Of a DNA stretch of 64,000 nucleotides, positions 1 through 9,304 are shown in pieces (position 1 is the first letter of the stretch; each line of letters begins with the position of its first letter). The notes below the pieces were generated by a model. That model did not search any database. It was not told where the DNA came from and saw nothing but the letters and a program-made list of their open reading frames with translations. The stretch lies in NCBI GenBank assembly GCA_002408465.1, contig DHSM01000008.1:3187-67186 (forward strand), written 5' to 3'. Source of the stretch: Firmicutes bacterium UBA5286. GTDB lineage: Bacteria; Bacillota; Proteinivoracia; UBA4975. Made by a program: the position numbers and the translations under genes.

Positions 1-278
1 TCAGTAAAGAATGTACCCATTGCAAAACATAAAATTAATTTTATCCTCCCTTCTATACCGAATTTCCAGGCAATGTTGCCGTTATATACTTCTGCAGGGC
101 CATCATTTCATTCTTTTTCTCTCGCTCTCTTTTTAATAATATCAAAAATCGTAATATTGTCTTTCGCAAATTTATAAAAGATTTAAAAAATAGGTGTATT
201 AGCGCTAGAACCCGAATTGTCAGACTTGATGGAATCAGGGAAGTGGTAGAGATTGAATAACTTACTGCATCGGATTTG

Positions 279-305
279 TCGGATCCCAGGGGGGGATTTT
301 TTTTT
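279..305 (+). terminator. Putative rho-independent terminator (stem atccc/gggat followed by a 9-T run) upstream of dacF
   Basis: Short GC-rich inverted repeat followed by tttttttttgtg; seen in sequence. Confidence 0.35.
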
Positions 306-385
306 GTGCAAAATTAACCTGTATTTGCATGAATACCCATTGCAGCGGGAAACACTAAAGCAAGATACTACCAGGAGGGATAATT

Positions 386-1597
386 TTGCGAAAACTGACC
401 TGTCTTGTCTTAGTAGTCCTGCTGTTCGGCGTTATTCCTGCAGGCGCCGCAGATTCCACCTATCAGCCGGAAGACATTGATACCACTTCAGAGGTGGAAA
501 TTGGGCAGATTCCGCCCTATGAGGGAGAGCTGTCTGCCAAGAGCGCTGTGCTCATGGATTCGATTACCGGCAAAATCTTGTTCGAAAAGGACCCCCATAC
601 CCAGCGGCCTCCCGCAAGCATCGCCAAGATCATGACCATGCTCTTGGTCATGGAGGCTTTGGAGCGGGGGGAACTGGCCCTGGATGATGTTATGATTGCC
701 AGCACCCGGGCCAAGGAAACCGGGGGCACTCAGATTTTTCTGGATGTAGGGGACGAGATTACCGTGGAGCAGGCCATGATTGGCATGGCTGTGGAGTCGG
801 CTAATGATGCAGCCATAGTTGTGGCGGAGCATCTTGGCGGTTCGGTGGAAGGCTTTGTGGAGATGATGAACCGCCGGGCCCAGGAATTGGGCATGGAAAA
901 TACCCGTTTTGCCAATCCCACCGGCCTTCCGGAGGATGCGGAGGGGAACATGACCACAGCCTATGATGTAGCTTTGATGGCCCGAGAATTGCTGACCCAT
1001 CCTCAGATTACCACCTGGACTACCATCCCCTGGGATACCCAGTTTATGGGCAAAGTTTATATCGCCAACAAAAACCTCAAGTTTATCCGCAACTATCCAG
1101 GGGGGGACGGACTCAAAACCGGCTGGACTGAGGAGGCGGGCTACTGCCTTGCCGCCACTGCCGTCAGAGACGACACCAGGATGATTTCAGTGGTCATGAA
1201 CACCCCTACCTATGAGCTGAGGACCAGGGATGCGGTAAATCTGCTGAATTACGGCTTCGCCCATTGGCGCAGCCAGCGGCTCTACAGCCATGATGAAGTC
1301 CTGACTACAGTCCTGGTGGATAAGGGCAGAAGGCGCAGGGTTGAGCTGGTTCCCTCCCGGGATGTGGCAGTGCTCCTTGAGAAAAGCGACAGCCGGGAAG
1401 TGAGCACAGTCATCAACCTGCCCAAGCTGGTGAAGGCGCCTTTGGCCAAGGGAGACCCAGTGGGCAGCCTGGATGTAATGCTGGGGGATGAAGTGCTGGA
1501 AACCATCGACTTGGTTGCGGCAGAGGCGGTGTCCCGAGCTAACTGGATACAACTGCTGGGCCGGGTGGTAATTAATCTCATCTCGTCAATTAAATAG
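386..1597 (+). CDS. dacF: D-alanyl-D-alanine carboxypeptidase (class A PBP5 family), sporulation-type, immediately upstream of spoIIA operon
   Basis: TTG start after aggaggg SD; signal peptide; SxxK motif (SIAKIMT), SxN and KTG-like (LKTGWT) motifs; position upstream of spoIIAA-AB-sigF as in Bacillus. Confidence 0.8.
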   Translation: MRKLTCLVLVVLLFGVIPAGAADSTYQPEDIDTTSEVEIGQIPPYEGELSAKSAVLMDSITGKILFEKDPHTQRPPASIAKIMTMLLVMEALERGELALDDVMIASTRAKETGGTQIFLDVGDEITVEQAMIGMAVESANDAAIVVAEHLGGSVEGFVEMMNRRAQELGMENTRFANPTGLPEDAEGNMTTAYDVALMARELLTHPQITTWTTIPWDTQFMGKVYIANKNLKFIRNYPGGDGLKTGWTEEAGYCLAATAVRDDTRMISVVMNTPTYELRTRDAVNLLNYGFAHWRSQRLYSHDEVLTTVLVDKGRRRRVELVPSRDVAVLLEKSDSREVSTVINLPKLVKAPLAKGDPVGSLDVMLGDEVLETIDLVAAEAVSRANWIQLLGRVVINLISSIK

Positions 1598-1612
1598 TCT
1601 GCTGTCCAGGCA

Positions 1613-1650
1613 GGAATTGCCAAGATTCTGGCGAACTTTTATCAGTGGGA
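1613..1650 (+). promoter_or_regulatory. Candidate sigma-H-type promoter for spoIIA operon (AGGAATT -N14- GAACT)
   Basis: Match to sigH consensus RNAGGAWWW-N14-RNNGAAT by eye immediately upstream of spoIIAA GTG start. Confidence 0.3.
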
Positions 1651-1661
1651 GGGGATGCCAG

Positions 1662-2003
1662 GTGAAGGTAGCCAAACACTATCACGGCAATATTCTGATT
1701 GTGGCCGCAGCCGGTGAATTGGACCACCATACCGCCGCTGCGCTCAAAGGCTGTATCCAAGAAGAACTGGGCAAAGGCATGGTCCGGCATATTATCTTGG
1801 ATCTTTCCGGTTTGAGCTTTATGGACAGCTCAGGCCTGGGTGTGTTGCTGGGACGTTATAAGGAACTGGCCAAGTGGCAGGGGAATATGCTTGCCTTTGG
1901 CCTGCAGCCCCTTGTGGAAAAATTGTTCCTGATGACGGGTCTCAACAAGCTGATTCCTGTTTATGCCAATTTAGATTCCTGTCTCAAGGCCTTGGGGGTG
2001 TGA
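1662..2003 (+). CDS. spoIIAA: Anti-sigma F factor antagonist SpoIIAA (STAS domain)
   Basis: GTG start with gggaggg SD; conserved GELDHHTA and SFMDSSGLGVLLGRYK motifs. Confidence 0.85.
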   Translation: MKVAKHYHGNILIVAAAGELDHHTAAALKGCIQEELGKGMVRHIILDLSGLSFMDSSGLGVLLGRYKELAKWQGNMLAFGLQPLVEKLFLMTGLNKLIPVYANLDSCLKALGV

Positions 2004-2005
2004 AG

Positions 2006-2461
2006 ATGGAAGTGATCAACTACTTCACAATCTCATTTCCCGCTTCTTCCCGCAATGAATCCTTTGCCCGGGTGGTGGTTGCAGCCTTTGCCGCCCAGCT
2101 GGATCCTACTTTAGAAGAACTCAATGAAATTAAGACAGCGGTATCTGAAGCTGTTACCAATGCCATTATTCACGGTTACCGGGATCGGTGCGGCGAGGTG
2201 GTAATTGCTTGCAGCCTGCGGCAGGATAACAGCCTGGAAGTGATTGTCAAAGATACCGGCACTGGCATTGATAACCTGGAGCAGGCCCGGGAGCCTCTGT
2301 ATACATCCCGGCCCGATCTGGAGCGGTCGGGAATGGGCTTTACTGTCATGGAAGAGTTTATGGATTCAGTCTCCATCCAGACTCAGCCGGGTCAGGGGAC
2401 GTCAGTGACCATGACCAAGAGGATTTCTGCCGGGGAGCAGGGAGGCAATGGAAAGAATTAA
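2006..2461 (+). CDS. spoIIAB: Anti-sigma F factor SpoIIAB (serine kinase, GHKL ATPase)
   Basis: ATG at 2006 overlapping spoIIAA stop; N-box EAVTNAIIHGY and G-box DTGTGI...GMGF motifs. Confidence 0.9.
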   Translation: MEVINYFTISFPASSRNESFARVVVAAFAAQLDPTLEELNEIKTAVSEAVTNAIIHGYRDRCGEVVIACSLRQDNSLEVIVKDTGTGIDNLEQAREPLYTSRPDLERSGMGFTVMEEFMDSVSIQTQPGQGTSVTMTKRISAGEQGGNGKN

Positions 2462-3143
2462 TGGGGCCCTGCCTCCCCTGGAGCAAAAACTGGCCAGGGA
2501 GTACTTGGCCAGGGCCCAGGCTGGCGACCAGGGAGCCAGGGAAGTGCTGGTGCGTCACAATTTGTTGCTGGTGAAAAAGGTGGCAGCCCGGTTTACAGGG
2601 GCAGATTCTATGGATGACCTGTTCCAGGTAGGGTGTATAGGGCTGTTAAAGGCTGTGGACAACTTTGATTTGTCCAGGGACACCTCTTTCTCCACCTATG
2701 CTGTCCCCAGAATCATGGGCGAAATCCGCATGTACTTGCGGGACAATAAGCCAGTGAAGGTCAGCAGAGATTTGGTGCGGATAGCCAGCCTGGTCAAAAA
2801 ATGCCGGCGCAGTCTGGAGCAGGAACTGGGCCGCGAGCCCAGCGTGGGTGAAGTGGCGGCTCAGCTGAATCTTGGCGTTGAAGAAGTGGCTGCCGCTGAA
2901 ACTGCCTTGGCGCCGCCGGCGGATTTATGCGAGGCAGACTCTGCCCAGCTGATGGATGAAATGCGGATAGCCCTGAAAGAAGTAATCGGCCGCCTGGAAC
3001 TGCGGGAGCGGCAGGTAATCACCCTGAGGTTTTTTCAGGATATGTCCCAGCATCAGGTTGCGGACAAGTTGGGCATTTCCCAGGGACATGTATCTCGGAT
3101 TGAGCGGGAAGTGCTGATAAAGCTTAAGACAGCTATGGGTTAG
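2448..3143 (+). CDS. sigF: Sporulation sigma factor SigF (sigma-70 family)
   Basis: Overlaps spoIIAB stop; regions 2 (DLFQVGCIGLLKAVDNFD...FSTYAVP) and 4 (HTH ...QHQVADKLGISQGHVSRIE). Confidence 0.9.
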   Translation: MERINGALPPLEQKLAREYLARAQAGDQGAREVLVRHNLLLVKKVAARFTGADSMDDLFQVGCIGLLKAVDNFDLSRDTSFSTYAVPRIMGEIRMYLRDNKPVKVSRDLVRIASLVKKCRRSLEQELGREPSVGEVAAQLNLGVEEVAAAETALAPPADLCEADSAQLMDEMRIALKEVIGRLELRERQVITLRFFQDMSQHQVADKLGISQGHVSRIEREVLIKLKTAMG

Positions 3144-3225
3144 CCCCCAGGTTGTCTTTTTTTATGGATAAGTTTCGCCCTCAAGGGGAAAATCTATACA
3201 CAGATAAATAAGAGGAGGTTTTGTA

Positions 3226-3429
3226 ATGTCTGTATACAAGGTAATTGAATTGGTAGGAGAATCCAGCTCTGGTTGGCAGGGCGCCGTAGAGGACGCCATT
3301 GAACGGGCTTCCAAGACGGTGGACGGCATTACCGGCGTAGAACTGCTCAATATGACGGCCAAGGTACGAAACGGGCGCGTCATCGGCTGGAAGGCCAATG
3401 TAAAAGCTGCCTTTGAGGTCCAAGAGTAA
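3226..3429 (+). CDS. Dodecin-family flavin-binding protein (67 aa)
   Basis: MSVYKVIELVG...W..AV..A...A pattern typical of dodecin; strong SD aagaggagg. Confidence 0.6.
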   Translation: MSVYKVIELVGESSSGWQGAVEDAIERASKTVDGITGVELLNMTAKVRNGRVIGWKANVKAAFEVQE

Positions 3430-3436
3430 AAATGAT

Positions 3437-3462
3437 ATCCCCCCGTTGCGGGGGATTTGAAT
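3437..3462 (+). terminator. Hairpin (atccccccgttgcgggggat) after dodecin gene, weak T-tract
   Basis: Perfect 8-bp GC stem seen in sequence; T-run weak so may be attenuator. Confidence 0.35.
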
Positions 3463-3471
3463 ATTTAGGGA

Positions 3472-3951
3472 TTGCTAGTTAAAACTATTGCCGAGGTGAA
3501 TATTTTGAAGGATTTACTAAAAGATCCTGCAGCCTATCAGGCCCTTGCCAATGAGAAAAAGCCCAAACCCAGGCTGGCAAAGAACCTCACTATGGCCTTT
3601 TTGGTGGGGGGAGGAATTTGCACCCTGGGACAGCTGATTCAAAATATCTATATTAAATTCTTTAATTTCCCCCCCGAACGGGCTGGAGATCCTACTACGA
3701 CAACAGTCATCTTTATCAGCGGGCTCCTTACCGCTCTGGGAGTCTTTGATAAGATAGCCCGGCATGCTGGCGCGGGTACAGCTGTGCCCGTTACCGGGTT
3801 TGCCAATTCCATCGTCAGCGCTGCTCTGGAGTTTAAACGCGAGGGCTTTGTCTTGGGAGTGGGCAGTAAAATGTTCATCCTGGCCGGCTCGGTAATTGTT
3901 TTCGGTGTGGTCACTGCTTTTGTCGTGGGCTTAATCTCGGCATTGCTCTAG
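3472..3951 (+). CDS. spoVAC: Stage V sporulation protein AC (SpoVAC)
   Basis: Small multi-pass membrane protein with LAKNLTMAFLVGGGICTLGQ motif; start may be later than 3472. Confidence 0.8.
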   Translation: MLVKTIAEVNILKDLLKDPAAYQALANEKKPKPRLAKNLTMAFLVGGGICTLGQLIQNIYIKFFNFPPERAGDPTTTTVIFISGLLTALGVFDKIARHAGAGTAVPVTGFANSIVSAALEFKREGFVLGVGSKMFILAGSVIVFGVVTAFVVGLISALL

Positions 3952-3963
3952 GGAGGGAAGAGA

Positions 3964-4956
3964 GTGGCCACCAAAAAGGGAAAACAGACTATTGTCTTTG
4001 CTGTCAAACCGGTAATTATCGGCTATTCTACCGTTGCTGGCCCCAAGGAGGGCCAGGGGCCGGTAGGTCCATACTTTGACAAAATATATCCAGATCTAGC
4101 CATGGGGCAAAAGAGTTTTGAAAAGGCAGAGAGACAGATGATGCTCAACGCCATTGACACAGCTCTGGAAAAGGCCAGTCTTTCCCGGAGCAATATCGAT
4201 TATTTTGTCGCCGGCGACCTCTTAAACCAAATAATCTCTTCAGGATTTAGCGCCCTGGAACTTGGCGCGCCATTCCTGGGAATCTACGGCGCCTGTTCCA
4301 GCTTTTGTGAAGGCTTAATTTTCGCTGGCGTACTGGTGGACAGCGGCGCTGCCCAGGCAGTTATTACCGCCACTTCCAGCCATAACAACACTGCCGAGCG
4401 TCAGTACAGATACCCGATCGAATACGGCGCCCAGCTGCCCCCTTGGTCGCAACATACAGTTACAGGGGCGGCGGCCACTGCAGTAGCAGTCCGGGGTTTG
4501 GGCCCCCGGCTGGAATTGGCTACTGTCGGCAAGGTCATGGATTTGGGCATCAAGGACCCCCTGAACATGGGGGCGGCCATGGCCCCTGCCGCTGCCGACA
4601 CGATTTTCACCCATATGGAGGATACCGGCCGCAATCCCGGGGATTATGACTTAATTGTCACAGGGGATTTGGGGAAAATAGGGCGGGAAATCGTGGTAGA
4701 GCTGGCTCAGCGCCAGGGCTTCGATCTCAGCGGCAACTACAGGGATTGCGGCGAACTGATTTACAGCAAGGAGCAGCTGGAGAACGCCGGGGGTAGCGGC
4801 TGCGCCTGCTCTGCTTTAGTTACCTTAGGGATGCTCTTTAATCAGAACTATAAGCGGATTCTGGTGGTGGCTACCGGCGCCCTGCACAGCCCGACTTCCT
4901 ATCAGCAGGGTGAAAATATACCTGCAATTGCCCATGCAATATCAATTGAGTTTTAA
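3964..4956 (+). CDS. spoVAD: Stage V sporulation protein AD (SpoVAD; thiolase/FabH-like fold)
   Basis: 330 aa, KPVIIGYSTVAGPKEGQGP N-terminus and thiolase-like core typical of SpoVAD. Confidence 0.85.
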   Translation: MATKKGKQTIVFAVKPVIIGYSTVAGPKEGQGPVGPYFDKIYPDLAMGQKSFEKAERQMMLNAIDTALEKASLSRSNIDYFVAGDLLNQIISSGFSALELGAPFLGIYGACSSFCEGLIFAGVLVDSGAAQAVITATSSHNNTAERQYRYPIEYGAQLPPWSQHTVTGAAATAVAVRGLGPRLELATVGKVMDLGIKDPLNMGAAMAPAAADTIFTHMEDTGRNPGDYDLIVTGDLGKIGREIVVELAQRQGFDLSGNYRDCGELIYSKEQLENAGGSGCACSALVTLGMLFNQNYKRILVVATGALHSPTSYQQGENIPAIAHAISIEF

Positions 4957-4972
4957 CAGGAGGGGAAAATGA

Positions 4973-5326
4973 ATGGGATCATATTTGACAGCCTTTCTGG
5001 TGGGCGGCGCCATTTGCCTGGTCGCCCAACTGCTCTTTGACCTTACCCCCCTGACCCCTGCCCATGTCCTGGTCATATTTGTTGTGGCAGGGGGAGTGCT
5101 GGGAGGGCTGGGGCTGTACGATCCATTAATCAAATTTGCCGGGGCGGGAGCGACACTGCCCATTTCCAGCTTTGGCAACGCTTTAGTTAAGGGGGCCATG
5201 GCCGAAGCCGCCCGCTCGGGTCCCATCGGCATTCTCACGGGAACTTTTGAGCTGACCAGTTCGGGGATTACGGCCTCAATAATTTTTGGCTTTTTCTTTG
5301 CCCTCCTTTTTAACCCCAAGGGATAG
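4973..5326 (+). CDS. spoVAE: Stage V sporulation protein AEb (SpoVAEb)
   Basis: 117 aa membrane protein, LTAFLVGGAICLVAQ motif, immediately after spoVAD. Confidence 0.8.
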   Translation: MGSYLTAFLVGGAICLVAQLLFDLTPLTPAHVLVIFVVAGGVLGGLGLYDPLIKFAGAGATLPISSFGNALVKGAMAEAARSGPIGILTGTFELTSSGITASIIFGFFFALLFNPKG

Positions 5327-5330
5327 CGCT

Positions 5331-5723
5331 GTGCTCAGGCTGGATATTTTGGGCATTCTCTTGTCTCTGTTTTTTCTGGGTCCCAGGAATTGGCGCTGGA
5401 GCCTAGCTGCGGCCGGGGTCGCTTTGGCGGCAACCTTGCTGTTTCTGGTAGTATGGAGGGCTGACCTGACGGCGTATACTATGGGCGGTCTCTTTACCCA
5501 GGTAGAACTTGGGGGCAGCCGTTTTAGCGCCTTGCTGGCAGGACTGCCTGGTCCCTTTGCCTGCTATGCAGTGGCCAAGTTTATGGCTGGTCGACCCATG
5601 GGCCAAGCCGGCTGGCTCAGACAAATCTTGCCTTGGAACGAGCTGGAAAACCCGGCGGCGGGGACATTTGCAAAGTATGCGCTGCTTTCAGCAGTGTTTT
5701 GTCTCATTAAAACTTTGAGTTGA
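5331..5723 (+). CDS. Hypothetical membrane protein (GTG start assumed)
   Basis: ORF with 3-4 predicted TM helices; no recognisable family; start uncertain. Confidence 0.3.
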   Translation: MLRLDILGILLSLFFLGPRNWRWSLAAAGVALAATLLFLVVWRADLTAYTMGGLFTQVELGGSRFSALLAGLPGPFACYAVAKFMAGRPMGQAGWLRQILPWNELENPAAGTFAKYALLSAVFCLIKTLS

Positions 5724-5735
5724 CAGGGGAGAAGC

Positions 5736-6101
5736 ATGGAGGAGCAAAAAAATAAAGTTGCGGCGGACCTGAAACAGAATGTGGAGCGCCTTAAAAAAGA
5801 CCTTGGCGTCGGCGAAAGTTTTGACGTCTTAGTCCGGGAGTTTAAAGTGGGGGGCAAAGGGGTTGCTCTCTTTTTTGTTGATGGTTTCGCCAAGGATGAT
5901 ATCTTGGTCTGGGTGATGCAATCCCTGTTCCGGGTCATGCGGGAACAGAGTGCGCCCCCACTGGTTTCAGCCCTTTTCCAAAGGTGCGCTATACGGAAAG
6001 GCCTGACGTGGCTGCAGTGCACCTGGGCTGCTGCTCTTTTTATGGGCTGTACGCACCCGTTCTTTTGGTGTCCCCTATTTGTGGCCCCTAGTGCCCTTTA
6101 A
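5736..6101 (+). pseudogene. Truncated SpoVAF/GerA-family (spore germination protein A-like) N-terminal fragment
   Basis: First ~75 aa match GerAA/SpoVAF N-terminal pattern (DLGVGESFDVLVREFKVGGKGVALFFVDGFAKDDIL); reading frame degenerates and stops at 121 aa, no membrane domain follows. Confidence 0.55.
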
Positions 6102-6215
6102 TGCTCAGGCTTTGCTGGCGATTATAGTGCGCAAGCCTGTTCCCGTCAGCAAATCACGGCCCAGCGTCGTCAAGCCCCGGGATGAGGACCGCCTGTAGAA
6201 ATGGAGGAATGAAAC

Positions 6216-7136
6216 TTGCGCATCGGCTTGCCCAGGGCATTGCTGTACTATAATTATCGGCCAGCTCTGGAATATCTGGCCCGGGAAAATGCCACCGAGA
6301 TAATTGTCAGTTCGGCGACCAACAAGCTTAAACTGGAACAGGGGCTGGCCCTGTGCGATGACGAGGTCTGTTTGCCGGTCAAGGTAATGATGGGCCATGT
6401 CCAATCCCTGCTGCAGGAGGATGTGGATGCCCTGTTTGTGCCCCGGATTATCAGCCTGGAAAAGAAACGCTATATCTGTCCAAAATTCCTCGGCCTGCCG
6501 GATATGGTCCGAGCCAATCTGGGGGCAAAAGTTCCTCTCATCAGCCCTGTTATCAACGTGAGCTGGAGCAAGCTGCGGCAATTGCGGGAAGGGATTAAAA
6601 GCCTAAGGCCTTTGCCCAGGCAGCCCCTGAAGCTGTGGGGAGCGCTGGGCAGGGCTGCCCGGGTCCAGGAGCTGCACCGCCGGCAGCTGGCTGCGGCTCT
6701 TGACCTTCCCTCACCGGGCAAGCGGGTGGCTGTCCTGGGCCATGCTTATAATATCTTCGATGAATACCTTAATTTTGGCATTCTCAATAAATTATCTGCC
6801 CTGGGAGCTGCGCCGGTGACCGTGGAGAATTTCAGCCGGGGGCAAATTAACCAAGGGGCCAGCGGCCTCTGCAAAGACCTGTTTTGGAGCTATGGCCGGG
6901 AAGTGGTGGGGGCGGCCTTTTATTGCCTGAATTTCAAGGCTGTAGACGGGGTTATCCTTGTGGCCTCTTTTGGCTGCGGACCGGATTCCCTGATTACCGA
7001 AATTATTGGGCGCAGGTTTTCCAATTCTTCAATTCCCCTGATGTCTATTATCCTGGATGAGCATTCTTCCGGCATCGGGCTGGCTACCAGGGTAGAGGCC
7101 TTTGTGGATATGCTTAACTGGAGGGATATGGCATGA
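6216..7136 (+). CDS. CoA-substrate-specific enzyme activase-associated protein (DUF2229 family), part 1
   Basis: TTG start; family resemblance to 2-hydroxyacyl-CoA dehydratase-related DUF2229 proteins. Confidence 0.55.
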   Translation: MRIGLPRALLYYNYRPALEYLARENATEIIVSSATNKLKLEQGLALCDDEVCLPVKVMMGHVQSLLQEDVDALFVPRIISLEKKRYICPKFLGLPDMVRANLGAKVPLISPVINVSWSKLRQLREGIKSLRPLPRQPLKLWGALGRAARVQELHRRQLAAALDLPSPGKRVAVLGHAYNIFDEYLNFGILNKLSALGAAPVTVENFSRGQINQGASGLCKDLFWSYGREVVGAAFYCLNFKAVDGVILVASFGCGPDSLITEIIGRRFSNSSIPLMSIILDEHSSGIGLATRVEAFVDMLNWRDMA

Positions 7137-8233
7137 AAATCTCTTTTCCCCACCTGGGCTATTGTTCAATTCCCTTGAGGTCTCTGTTCGCAGACCTGGG
7201 GCATGAGGTCATCGTCCCCCCGCCCATAACAAGAAAGACCATAAGTCTGGGAACCCGCCATGGTCCTGAATTTGCCTGCTACCCGCTAAAATTGGGATTG
7301 GGCAATTTTATCGAGGCCCTGGAGCTGGGGGCAGACACCTTGGTCATGGGTGGGGGAATCGGGCCCTGCCGCTTTGGCTACTACGCCCAGGTGCAAAGGG
7401 ATATCTTGCAGTCCCTGGGCTACAAATTCAAGATGCTGGTGGTGGAACCGCCCCTGGGCCATGCCCGCCAAGTCTTGGCAGTTGCCCGGGAGCTGAAGGG
7501 GGGGAAAAGCTGGCTTGATCTGATGCGGGCAGGACAGCTGGCTTTGGCCAAACTGCGGGCCTGTGATGAGCTCCACCGGGCCAGTTTGAAACAGCGGCCC
7601 AGGGTTCAGGATAAGCCAGCCTTTTCCCGCCTCTACCAACAGACTCTGGAGGAATTAGATGCCGCTCCGGGCATAAGGGCCGTCAATATAGTCAGAGACA
7701 AGGCCCTTGCGGCCATGGAGGCAATGCCCTTGCTTGACCGCATTCCCCCCAAAGTTGCCCTGGTGGGAGAAGTCTACTTGATTGCCGAACCTGCCGCCAA
7801 TTTGCGCATCGAAGAAAAACTCGGGAATATGGGGGTTGAAGTCTGCCGCCATGTGTGGATTTCCGAATGGCTCAGGGTCAATATCTTTCTGGATTTTCTG
7901 CGCCTCCATCGCCAGGAAAAGGCGGAAAAGCTGGCCAGGCCCTATTTGCAATGTTTCGTGGGAGGTCATGGTCAGCATTCGGTGGGAGAGACCCGGAAGG
8001 CGATCCGGGATGGTTTTGACGGGGTAATCCACGTCTATCCATTTACCTGCACCCCGGAAATTGTCGCCCGGGGAATAATGCAAAAGCTGGCTGCCCAGGA
8101 GAGAATGCCCCTGGCCTGTTTTTCTATGGATGAGCATTCCGGTGAGGCGGGATTTCAAACCCGTTTGGAAGCCTTTGTCGATATTTTGGGGCATCGAGTT
8201 AAGCGCGTGAAGGAGATGATAGAGCTTGGCTGA
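7133..8233 (+). CDS. CoA-substrate-specific enzyme activase-associated protein (DUF2229 family), part 2
   Basis: ATGA overlap with upstream gene; same family architecture. Confidence 0.55.
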   Translation: MKISFPHLGYCSIPLRSLFADLGHEVIVPPPITRKTISLGTRHGPEFACYPLKLGLGNFIEALELGADTLVMGGGIGPCRFGYYAQVQRDILQSLGYKFKMLVVEPPLGHARQVLAVARELKGGKSWLDLMRAGQLALAKLRACDELHRASLKQRPRVQDKPAFSRLYQQTLEELDAAPGIRAVNIVRDKALAAMEAMPLLDRIPPKVALVGEVYLIAEPAANLRIEEKLGNMGVEVCRHVWISEWLRVNIFLDFLRLHRQEKAEKLARPYLQCFVGGHGQHSVGETRKAIRDGFDGVIHVYPFTCTPEIVARGIMQKLAAQERMPLACFSMDEHSGEAGFQTRLEAFVDILGHRVKRVKEMIELG

Positions 8234-9197
8234 AAAATATTACCTGGGAGTGGATGTGGGGTCGGTGAGCACTAATTTTTTCCTCATGGATGGCGGCAAG
8301 CAAGGGGTGTATTCTTCATATCTCAGGACTATGGGTCAGCCCATCAACACTGTCAAAGAAGGCCTGCGCCAGCTTGGCGGCTTTCTCGGAGGCAGGAAGA
8401 TCGCCGGCGTAGGCGTTACCGGCAGCGGCCGCAACCTGGCGGCAGTGCTACTGGGTGCCGACGTGGTGAAAAATGAGATCACCGCTCATGCAGTGGCTGC
8501 CGGCGACACTTGCCCGGGAGTAAATACCGTCTTGGAGATTGGCGGCCAGGATTCCAAGCTCATCATTCTTCGCCAGGGAGTGGTTGTAGATTTTGCCATG
8601 AACAGCGTGTGCGCAGCAGGCACCGGCTCATTTTTAGATCAACAAGCCGCGCGTTTGGGGATACCAATTGAAGAATTCGGCGGCCTGGCATTACAATCGG
8701 AAAACTCGGTGCGCATTGCCGGTCGCTGTTCGGTATTTGCCGAATCGGATATGATCCACAAACAGCAGATGGGCAACTCTCTCCCGGATATCATCGCCGG
8801 CCTCTGTGACGCGCTGGTCAGGAACTACCTCAACAACCTGGCCAAGGGCAAGGAGATCAAGGCGCCGGTGGTATTTCAGGGAGGGGTGGCAGCCAATGCC
8901 GGGATCAAGCGGGCTTTTGAACAGGCCCTGGGGCTGGAGGTGACAGTGCCGGAAAATTTTGATGTCATGGGCGCCTTGGGCGCAGCCTTGCTGGCCCGGG
9001 CCCAGGCCCGAGATAAGCCCAGCACTTTTTTGGGCATTGGCATCAGCGAGATGAGCCATACCAGCCGCAGCTTTTGTTGCAGCCACTGCGCCAATAATTG
9101 TGAAATCGTTGAGCTGTCTTGCGGTGACCGGGTCCTTGCCCGCTGGGGAGATCGCTGCGGCAAATGGTCTGGCCATGCCTGCAAAGATATTGGTTAA
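8226..9197 (+). CDS. BadF/BadG/BcrA/BcrD-type ATPase (CoA-substrate-specific enzyme activase, HgdC-like)
   Basis: YLGVDVGSVSTN (actin-like ATPase N-terminus), GGVAANAG motif, C-terminal Cys cluster. Confidence 0.7.
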   Translation: MAEKYYLGVDVGSVSTNFFLMDGGKQGVYSSYLRTMGQPINTVKEGLRQLGGFLGGRKIAGVGVTGSGRNLAAVLLGADVVKNEITAHAVAAGDTCPGVNTVLEIGGQDSKLIILRQGVVVDFAMNSVCAAGTGSFLDQQAARLGIPIEEFGGLALQSENSVRIAGRCSVFAESDMIHKQQMGNSLPDIIAGLCDALVRNYLNNLAKGKEIKAPVVFQGGVAANAGIKRAFEQALGLEVTVPENFDVMGALGAALLARAQARDKPSTFLGIGISEMSHTSRSFCCSHCANNCEIVELSCGDRVLARWGDRCGKWSGHACKDIG

Positions 9198-9304
9198 ACT
9201 CATAAACATGTAATTTACAGGCATAAATGATTAAATTGCAATTGGGTAAATATCTTCCCGCCAGCGTGCTTTGGGCTGGAATATGTTTTTGGAGGAAAAA
9301 GTTT

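Noticed and set aside
3226-3429. Possible small acid-soluble spore protein between sigF and spoVA
   Set aside because: The sequence pattern fits dodecin (flavin-binding) rather than alpha/beta-type SASP, which has no Trp and a conserved EIA..LG motif.
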